Shown in pieces: positions 57,026 to 64,000 of a stretch of DNA of 64,000 bases. Below the pieces are notes generated by a model that was not told the DNA's origin, made no database searches, and saw only the letters and a program-made list of their open reading frames with translations. Made by a program: the position numbers and the translations under genes. This DNA is from an uncultured Bacteroidia bacterium (GTDB lineage: Bacteria; Bacteroidota; Bacteroidia; Bacteroidales; UBA932). The stretch is from the NCBI GenBank assembly GCA_902784435.1, contig CACZUR010000001.1, positions 16,144 to 80,143 of the forward strand, read 5' to 3'. Numbering within the stretch: position 1 is the stretch's first letter; each line of letters opens with the position of its first letter.

Positions 57026-58441
57026 ATGAAACAGATTATTTACCAGGTACTTCCCAGACTCTGGGGCAACGGTAAATTTTCTTCCATCGACACCGGGTCC
57101 TTCCAGTATTGGAAAGGGCTCGGTGTCCATTATGTATGGTACACCGGCATCATCCGGCATGCCAGCGCCAGCTCGGGGGAAAAGGTGGTGAAAGGCGATG
57201 CCGGAAGTCCCTATGCCATCACGGACTACTACGACGTCAACCCCTACCTGGCAGATGATCCCGCCGCTCGTATGGACGAGTTCCGGGACCTGGTGGAACG
57301 CACGCACGCGGCGGGGCTCAAAGTCATCATCGACTTCGTGCCCAACCATGTGGCCCGGGAAAACGTGAACCTGGGAAAAGAGGACGACAAAACCGTCCAT
57401 TGGGCGCCGGAAAACGACTTCTTCTATTATCCCGGGGAGGAACTCAAGCTTCCCGTAGACTGTGGTTTCAAGGAGGCTCCTGCAAAGGCTTCCGGTAATG
57501 CGTTTACATCGGCCCCGGACATCAACGATTGGTGGGAGACCGTGCGCATCAACTACTGCGACTTCCACACCCGCACCTGGGACAAGATGCTGGACATCGT
57601 GCGTTTCTGGGCGGGAAAGGGCGTAGACGGCTTCCGCTGCGATATGGTTGAGATGGTCCCGCCTCCGTTCATGAAGTGGCTCATCGAGCGCATCAAGGCG
57701 GAATTCCCGGAGGTCATCTTCATCGCGGAGGTATACCAGAAAGAGAAATACCGTATGTACGTGGAGGAGGTGGGCTTTGATTTTCTATATGACAAATGCG
57801 GCCTCTACGACACCCTGCGGGCGGTTTCGTGCAGCGGGGCATCGGCCACGGGGATTACCCGTGACTGGCAGTTCCTCGGGGACCTGCAGCCGCACATGCT
57901 CAACTTCCTGGAAAACCACGACGAGCAGCGCCTGGCATCGGATTTCTTCCTGGGCAGCCCTTCCCGGGGCTATGCCGCCCTGGCGGTGAGCGCCCTGCTG
58001 AATACCGCCCCCTTCATGCTGTACTTCGGCCAGGAAATGGGGGAGAGAGGCATGCAGGCCGAGGGCTTCAGCGGCCGGGACGGACGCACCTCCATCTTTG
58101 ACTGGTGCACCGTGCCGGCGCTATCGTCCCCGGACCAGGGTGTCCTGAAGCGCTATCGGGAGGTGCTGGAACTGGCTGTTGCGCCCGCTTTCTCGGAAGG
58201 TCGCACCTTCGACCTGTGCTACTGCCAGGACGTCGGCCCTTTCAACCCGGACCGCCACTTCGCCTGGCTTCGCTCCGACGGCGTCCAGACCTTCCTGGTG
58301 GTTTCCAACTTTGGCGACACGGCCGACATCTCCGTCCGCATCCCGCCGGAAGCCCTGAACTACCTGGGTATCAAGGCCGTCCGCACGGTGTATACCATCA
58401 CCGTGCCCGCCTGGGACTTTACCGTCATTCAGGTGCAATAG
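57026..58441 (+). CDS. GH13 alpha-amylase family glycosidase
   Basis: DFVPNH, GFRCD, IAEVY and ENHDE catalytic regions. Confidence 0.9.
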   Translation: MKQIIYQVLPRLWGNGKFSSIDTGSFQYWKGLGVHYVWYTGIIRHASASSGEKVVKGDAGSPYAITDYYDVNPYLADDPAARMDEFRDLVERTHAAGLKVIIDFVPNHVARENVNLGKEDDKTVHWAPENDFFYYPGEELKLPVDCGFKEAPAKASGNAFTSAPDINDWWETVRINYCDFHTRTWDKMLDIVRFWAGKGVDGFRCDMVEMVPPPFMKWLIERIKAEFPEVIFIAEVYQKEKYRMYVEEVGFDFLYDKCGLYDTLRAVSCSGASATGITRDWQFLGDLQPHMLNFLENHDEQRLASDFFLGSPSRGYAALAVSALLNTAPFMLYFGQEMGERGMQAEGFSGRDGRTSIFDWCTVPALSSPDQGVLKRYREVLELAVAPAFSEGRTFDLCYCQDVGPFNPDRHFAWLRSDGVQTFLVVSNFGDTADISVRIPPEALNYLGIKAVRTVYTITVPAWDFTVIQVQ

Positions 58442-58449
58442 TTTCCCTT

Positions 58450-58476
58450 CGTCATGCCCGGCTCCGACCGGGCATC
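58450..58476. repeat. REP-like palindrome (CGTC-type)
   Basis: CGTC-ATGCCCGG-CTCCGA-CCGGGCAT-C, 8 nt after the GH13 stop. Confidence 0.6.
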
Positions 58477-58487
58477 TTCGCATGGAC

Positions 58488-58597
58488 CGTTTTTGTTAAG
58501 TACCTGATTTTTAAGTTGTTATGCATTTTCCTCCTGGTCAAAATGCCGGGAGGAAAATGCGTAAATCGTTTATATTCAACAACTTAAGAAAAACGCC
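58488..58597. repeat. 110-nt nested palindromic element, copy 2
   Basis: Outer CGTTTTTGTTAA/TTAAGAAAAACG, 19-nt spacers and a 20-bp inner stem with G-U pairs; homologous to 21000-21109. Confidence 0.75.
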
Positions 58598-58662
58598 TTC
58601 CGTCGCATTCAAATTGAGTTTCTGTGAGTTTGAGCAATCCGTTATGGGGAGCATCATTCGGA

Positions 58663-59400
58663 CTAATGCTCGCAAGCAGTGACTCGCCGTCTGAACTCCG
58701 CCACGGTGACGGCGGTGGCGACGGCGGCGTTGAGGGATTCGGAGCCGGGATCGTCGGCGGGGAAGGGAGGGATGTAGAGGCGGTCGCTCACGCTGGCTGC
58801 GACGGCGGGGGAGATGCCGTTAGCCTCATTGCCGATGACAATCACCGAAGGCCTTTCCACACCGTTGGAAAGGCTTTTTTGGTAGAGGTTCTCCCCGTCC
58901 AGGAAGGTGCCGTAGACATTGCCGCCGGCAGACAGGACGCCCTTGCAGAACGCCGGTATTTCCGTATAATGGAAACGCACGCGGAAGATGGCGCCCATGG
59001 TAGCCTGCACCACTTTGGGGTTGAACACGTCCACCGTGTCCGGCGAGGCAAAAACGGCGTCGATCCCGAACCAGTCGGCTATCCGCAGGATGGTGCCCAG
59101 GTTACCCGGGTCCCGGATGCCGTCCAGGGCCAGAAAAAGGCCTTTTGCGGGCACATCGTCCCGCAATAGGTCTTCGGGCCGCCGCACCAGTGCCAGGGCC
59201 GGAGAAGGGGAGGAAAGGCTGGAAATGCGGGCCATGGCGGCCTCTCCGATATCGGCCTTCCGGTACACTTTCTCTACGGTGAAACGGGAGGCCAGGGCTT
59301 CGGCCACCAGTTTTTCCCCCTCTGCCACAAAAAGGCCGCTGCTATCGCGGAACTTCTTCTGGGACAGGGACTTGATGAACTTTATTTCGTTATTCGTCAT
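58663..59400 (-). CDS. TrmH/SpoU family RNA methyltransferase
   Basis: DPGNLGTILR, GNEANG and ESLNAA SPOUT motifs. Confidence 0.92.
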   Translation of the reverse strand: MTNNEIKFIKSLSQKKFRDSSGLFVAEGEKLVAEALASRFTVEKVYRKADIGEAAMARISSLSSPSPALALVRRPEDLLRDDVPAKGLFLALDGIRDPGNLGTILRIADWFGIDAVFASPDTVDVFNPKVVQATMGAIFRVRFHYTEIPAFCKGVLSAGGNVYGTFLDGENLYQKSLSNGVERPSVIVIGNEANGISPAVAASVSDRLYIPPFPADDPGSESLNAAVATAVTVAEFRRRVTACEH

Positions 59401-59415
59401 AGGGCCGATGAAGGA

Positions 59416-61623
59416 TTAGAACGGGTACCCGATACCGAAGTGGATGGCCGTATTGCCGCCGCTGAACCATTCCTTGGGCGCTACCCAGCGGTTGCCCTCC
59501 GGGCGGGCAGGGTCGTGCAGACGGATGCCGGCGTCGACGCGCAGCAGCAGGAATTCCAGGTTGATGCGAAGTCCCAGGCCCCAGTTCAGTCCCAGGCTCT
59601 CCGGCAGGTATTTGATGTTGAAATAGCCGCCATACCATCCGATGGGCTCGGGATCCTCAGGTTCTGCCTGTCCGGAAGAGAGGGCATAGTCCCAGATGTT
59701 GCCGCAGTCCAGGAAGGCGGCACCCTCGAATTTCCAGAACAGCGGGAAACGGTATTCTGCGTTGGCTTCCAGTTTGATGGCGCCCAGCTGGGTGGGAATG
59801 ACGAAGAAGTCCTGCAGGGAAGTGTCCGTACCGGGGCCCAGCGTGCGGGCCTGCCAGCCGCGCATGGAGGAGGAACCGCCGCTGTAGAACAGCTTTTCCA
59901 TGGGCAGATAAGTGGAATTCCCGTAGCCGTAACCGGCGCCCGCCAGCAGACGGAGGGCAAGGGAGTGTTTGTCCTGGTTGCCGAAGCGGAACGTCTTGCC
60001 CAATTGCAGTTCCCCGCGTACATACTGGCTGTAGGGGGTTTCCCAGATGGTCCGTTCATTGAATTCGTTCATGGGCATCAGGCGGTTGAACAGGCTGAGC
60101 ACATTGCCGGAAAGGTCTATGCTCAGGCGGGCATAATGGTAGGGCCGCATGGGAATGGCCGACGGATCCGTGGTGTAATACAGCATGCTGCTCACGCCCA
60201 TGTCGAAGTTGTCGGAGAACAGCTGGAGCATATAGGGGTTGTCTCCGAAATTCACGAAGAAATACTCCGAATCCGTGACGAAAACGCGGGCGATGTTGGC
60301 GCGGAGCGGCGTAAAAGTATAGAAGAAATAGGGCGTGAAACGCCCGTTGTAAGCGAAGGAAGTGGAGATGACCGTCCTGCGGAAGTCCGGCCTGTCCTGG
60401 TAGTTGAAACTGAGGCCCACGTCCGTACGCGGGATATAAGGCCCGTCAAAAATGCGGTTGGGCAGGCCGATGAACTTGGGGAAGCGCAGGGTGGTGGATA
60501 CACTGAACTCCGTAGACCGGGTATTGTCCGAAGGCCGGAACTGGAAATTGCCTTTGACCGCCAGGTTCAGCAGTTCTCCGCCGTGGAAAATGTTCCGGTG
60601 GAAGTAGGTGAGCTGCGGGGACAGGCCGATGAGGCCGGTGGAGTTCACGGAAGCCTCCAGGTTGGTCTTGAAGCCCTGCAGGCCCGAATTGCGCAGGGAA
60701 ATGTTGCAGTCCACCAGGTCCTGCCCGCGGGGCGTCATTTCTATGTTGACCCCGGAGAGCATGTTCACGCTGGCGAAACGGGTGTAGGTTTCGTTGATTC
60801 TTTTCTCGCTGTAAAGCTGGCCGGGACGCAGCTGATTCAGGTTTTCCAGGACGGAAGGCCTGATTTTCAGGCGGTTGGGATGGGAAATGGTCACATTCCC
60901 GATGGAATACTTCCGGTGCTCCCGGGCGGCGTCCGGGGTATCCCCCAGGGCGTAATCCCGGACCGACACCTGCAACCGGGCGTCGCTTTTGCCCGAAAGG
61001 GTATCGGCCTCGAAGGCATAGAAACTCTTGGTGAAGCCGTAGTAGCCCTGATCGCGCAGATACCGGGCACTGCGCTCCGCCTCTGCTTCCAGCGCTTCTT
61101 CCGACAGATACTGGCCCACGGCCAGGGTGGAGTTGGGGAGGTCTTTCCGGTAGTCCTGGCGGAAGGTCCCGTATTCCGGAATCTGATAGTCGATGGCGCT
61201 GATTTTATAGCGTTTGCCCAGGGTTACGTAATAGTTCACAAATACCTTTCGGCCTTTCACCTGGACTTCGCTTTCCACCTCGGAACCGTAGTAGCCGATA
61301 TAGCGCAGGTGGTTTTGGATGCCCGTAATGCTCTTGGATACGGCGGCAGGGTCGTAGATGACGGGCGCGACGCCCAGTTTCCGGAAAAAGGGGCTCCAGT
61401 TGTACACGGACAGCAGGGGATTCACCCCCAGGATATAGGAATTGGGCTTCTGGGAAATGTACGAGGCCAGCGTAGGGTCCTTGAAAGAAGGGTCGTTCAC
61501 CTTGACCGTATTCTTCCGCAGCAGGTACTGGCCGTCTTCCAGGGAACGGGTGGTGCTGCATCCGGCCACGATGACCGCAGCGGCGGCAGCCACTCCAAGA
61601 AATATGAGTTTTCCCCGTTTCAT
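59416..61623 (-). CDS. Omp85 family lipoprotein (TamL-like)
   Basis: VAGC lipobox, POTRA-like regions, YSGGSSSMRGW, EYRFPL and C-terminal IGYPF. Confidence 0.88.
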   Translation of the reverse strand: MKRGKLIFLGVAAAAAVIVAGCSTTRSLEDGQYLLRKNTVKVNDPSFKDPTLASYISQKPNSYILGVNPLLSVYNWSPFFRKLGVAPVIYDPAAVSKSITGIQNHLRYIGYYGSEVESEVQVKGRKVFVNYYVTLGKRYKISAIDYQIPEYGTFRQDYRKDLPNSTLAVGQYLSEEALEAEAERSARYLRDQGYYGFTKSFYAFEADTLSGKSDARLQVSVRDYALGDTPDAAREHRKYSIGNVTISHPNRLKIRPSVLENLNQLRPGQLYSEKRINETYTRFASVNMLSGVNIEMTPRGQDLVDCNISLRNSGLQGFKTNLEASVNSTGLIGLSPQLTYFHRNIFHGGELLNLAVKGNFQFRPSDNTRSTEFSVSTTLRFPKFIGLPNRIFDGPYIPRTDVGLSFNYQDRPDFRRTVISTSFAYNGRFTPYFFYTFTPLRANIARVFVTDSEYFFVNFGDNPYMLQLFSDNFDMGVSSMLYYTTDPSAIPMRPYHYARLSIDLSGNVLSLFNRLMPMNEFNERTIWETPYSQYVRGELQLGKTFRFGNQDKHSLALRLLAGAGYGYGNSTYLPMEKLFYSGGSSSMRGWQARTLGPGTDTSLQDFFVIPTQLGAIKLEANAEYRFPLFWKFEGAAFLDCGNIWDYALSSGQAEPEDPEPIGWYGGYFNIKYLPESLGLNWGLGLRINLEFLLLRVDAGIRLHDPARPEGNRWVAPKEWFSGGNTAIHFGIGYPF

Positions 61624-61690
61624 CCATACAAAAGTAATACTTTTTACTTATATTTGCACGACAGTAAATGAAATAAACCAAAACAGACGG

Positions 61691-63088
61691 ATGAAAAATA
61701 AGTACATCGACCTTATCGACCAGACCTTCGACTTCCCGCAGGACGAATTCATGGTCGTTGACGGACATCTGATGTTCAATGACATCGACCTGATGGAAAT
61801 CATCGAAAAGTACGGTACCCCCCTGAAACTCACGTATCTGCCCAAGATTTCCTCCCAGATCCAGCGGGCCAAGCGGCTGTTCAAGGTGGCCATGGCCAAG
61901 GCCGATTATCAGGGCGAATACCACTATAGCTACTGCACCAAGAGCTCGCAGTTCGCCTTCGTGGTGCACGAGGCCCTCAAGAACGACATCCACCTGGAAA
62001 CCTCGTCGGCCTACGACCTGGACCTCATCGAGGCCCTGGAAAAGGACGGCTCCGTGAACAAGGAAGACCTGTACATCATCTGCAACGGCTTCAAGCGCCC
62101 GCAGTATATCCAGAACATCGCCAAACTGCGCCACAACGGCTGGAAGAACATCATCCCGGTGCTGGACAACAAGAACGAGTTCGAGGACCTGGCAGACCTC
62201 ATCGAGGAAGATACCATGATGGGTATCCGCATCGCCTCGGAAGAAGAGCCCAACTTCGACTTCTATACCTCCCGGCTGGGTATCCGCTATTCGGATATCC
62301 TCCGTTTTTACAAGGACACGGTGGCCAAATACCCCAATTTCCACCTGAAGATGCTCCATTTCTTCATCAACACGGGCATCCGGGACACCGCCTATTACTG
62401 GAACGAACTGTCCAAGTGCGTCCGGGTATACTGCGAACTCAAGGCCATCTGCCCGGAACTGGACAGCCTGAACATCGGCGGCGGCCTTCCCAACAAGACC
62501 TCCCTGGCGCAGGACTTCGACTACGAGTACATGGTGGAAGAAATCATCAACCAGATCAAAGTCACCTGCAATGCCTTCGGCGTAAAGGAACCGGACATTT
62601 TCACGGAATTCGGCAGCTTCACGGTGGGGGAGAGCGGCGCCACCATCTTCAAGATCCTGGACATCAAGCAGCAGAACGACCGCGAAAAGTGGTACATGAT
62701 CGACAATTCCTTCATGACCTGCCTGCCGGACACCTGGGGCCTGAACCAGCGCTTCATCCTGCTCCCCATCAACAAATGGAACGACGAGTACCAGCGGGTG
62801 TTCCTGGGCGGCCTCACCTGTGACAGTCAGGATTTCTACAACGCAGACTATCACGCCAACGCCATCTTCCTGCCCACCATCCGCAGCCGGCGGGAAAACC
62901 TGTATATCGGCTTTTTCCATACGGGAGCCTATCAGGAAGCCCTTTCCGGCTACGGCGGCATCAAGCACTGCCTCATGCCTTCTCCCCAGCACATCCTCAT
63001 AGACCGGGACAAGGAAGGCAATCTGATCACCTCTGTCTTCGCCGAGGAACAGAGCGCAGAATCCATGCTTAAGATGCTGGGTTATTGA
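61691..63088 (+). CDS. speA: Arginine decarboxylase (short Bacteroidetes type)
   Basis: YCTKSS PLP-Lys, CNGFK, LHFF, NIGGG, TEFG, LTCDS and TGAYQE motifs. Start at MKNKYID. Confidence 0.85.
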   Translation: MKNKYIDLIDQTFDFPQDEFMVVDGHLMFNDIDLMEIIEKYGTPLKLTYLPKISSQIQRAKRLFKVAMAKADYQGEYHYSYCTKSSQFAFVVHEALKNDIHLETSSAYDLDLIEALEKDGSVNKEDLYIICNGFKRPQYIQNIAKLRHNGWKNIIPVLDNKNEFEDLADLIEEDTMMGIRIASEEEPNFDFYTSRLGIRYSDILRFYKDTVAKYPNFHLKMLHFFINTGIRDTAYYWNELSKCVRVYCELKAICPELDSLNIGGGLPNKTSLAQDFDYEYMVEEIINQIKVTCNAFGVKEPDIFTEFGSFTVGESGATIFKILDIKQQNDREKWYMIDNSFMTCLPDTWGLNQRFILLPINKWNDEYQRVFLGGLTCDSQDFYNADYHANAIFLPTIRSRRENLYIGFFHTGAYQEALSGYGGIKHCLMPSPQHILIDRDKEGNLITSVFAEEQSAESMLKMLGY

Positions 63089-63136
63089 TTTTTGAAAATA
63101 AATAATTATATTTGCAATTATTAAATTCAGGTACCT

Positions 63137-63976
63137 ATGAAAAAAACTCTTGCTGTCTTAGTCGCATTGGCAGTCTCAGTAGCTGCTTTTGCACAGGTTA
63201 AGAACCAGAACGTCCTGTTCAAACACGTATCCCTGGGCGTCGGTATCGGCGACGACCTCCATGCAGAGGTGGCCACCACCCTCACTCCCTGGTTGCAGAT
63301 GCGCGTGATGTACTCCACGCTCATGCCTTATGTCAGCCTGGTGAGCCCCCTGGCAGACAAACTGATGCCGGGTGCCACCCTCTCTCCGCTGCATGTCCCC
63401 GTAAACGTGAATTACAAGAGCGCGGAGATTAACATCGACAGGGTAGACATCGACGGTTCCATCAACTGGCACGACATCAACCTGCTCTTCGACCTGTATC
63501 CCGCCCGCAACTCCGTGTTCCACTTCACCGTGGGCGCCATGTTCGGACTTGCACCCAAGATGATGGTCGCAGAGGGAAAGCCTACTCCCGCACTGAACCA
63601 GGCAGACTGGACCACCACCCGTTTCATGGGCGTTACCACCAACAAGCAGGGTAACATCGACATGGAGGCCCGCTTTGGCATGAGTGCCGTTAAGCCCTAT
63701 GTCGGTATCGGTTTCGGTCGACCCGTCACCAAGAACAATGCCGTAGGCGTCAACTTCGACCTGGGTGTCGCCTACATCGGCGGTATCCATATCTACTCCA
63801 AAGACTACTATCAGAATCCGGATGCTCCCGTTGACGTAGAAATCAACTCGGCCTGGGTGAACAGCGAACCCAAGGTAAAAGATCAAGTGGGTGCCTATAC
63901 CCAATACATCGACTTTGTCAACTCGCTCCCGGTGCTGCCCGTCATGCGTATCACCCTGAACGTACGTCTCTTCTAA
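63137..63976 (+). CDS. Hypothetical outer-membrane beta-barrel protein
   Basis: Signal peptide, DLYP...FHFTVG, PYVGIGFGR, FDLGV and C-terminal VRLF. Confidence 0.75.
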   Translation: MKKTLAVLVALAVSVAAFAQVKNQNVLFKHVSLGVGIGDDLHAEVATTLTPWLQMRVMYSTLMPYVSLVSPLADKLMPGATLSPLHVPVNVNYKSAEINIDRVDIDGSINWHDINLLFDLYPARNSVFHFTVGAMFGLAPKMMVAEGKPTPALNQADWTTTRFMGVTTNKQGNIDMEARFGMSAVKPYVGIGFGRPVTKNNAVGVNFDLGVAYIGGIHIYSKDYYQNPDAPVDVEINSAWVNSEPKVKDQVGAYTQYIDFVNSLPVLPVMRITLNVRLF

Positions 63977-64000
63977 TTCTTAAAAAAATTTAAAACTTCC

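Overview
GC-rich Bacteroidales chromosome segment. The lineage is inferred from TAnnTTTG -7 promoter boxes, TamL, DUF5686/DUF3575 genes and the tmRNA tag; it may be a rumen/gut RC9 or Cryptobacteroides-like organism. Most of the window is housekeeping: parE, PFOR plus a small ferredoxin, fabD, tRNA-Arg(CCG), an ABC transporter-cysK-cysE unit, tmRNA, nupG, tgt-lpt-dut-murF, obgE, gcvT-H-PA-PB, tsaA, a lipid cluster, PPi-PFK, GH13, TrmH, TamL and speA. The accessory block runs from the tmRNA 3' end to nupG (about 20.96-33.55 kb). It holds gene fragments, nested palindromes, a low-GC Schlafen/AlbA_2 gene, and a type V pilus operon led by an SSB-like gene. The most striking signal is a 51-nt tRNA mimic (7-bp acceptor stem, canonical T-arm, encoded CCA, no normal D or anticodon arms). 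It fills the gap between the putative major pilin gene and the anchor pilin gene, and may act as an mRNA-processing or stoichiometry element. The second is a family of ~110-nt nested palindromes, each with two TAA-N19-TTA IHF-like sites, present in three copies. The third is several genes whose -7 box lies only 4-7 nt from the ATG, suggesting leaderless mRNAs. All protein family calls come from recognising motifs by eye; no searches were run.
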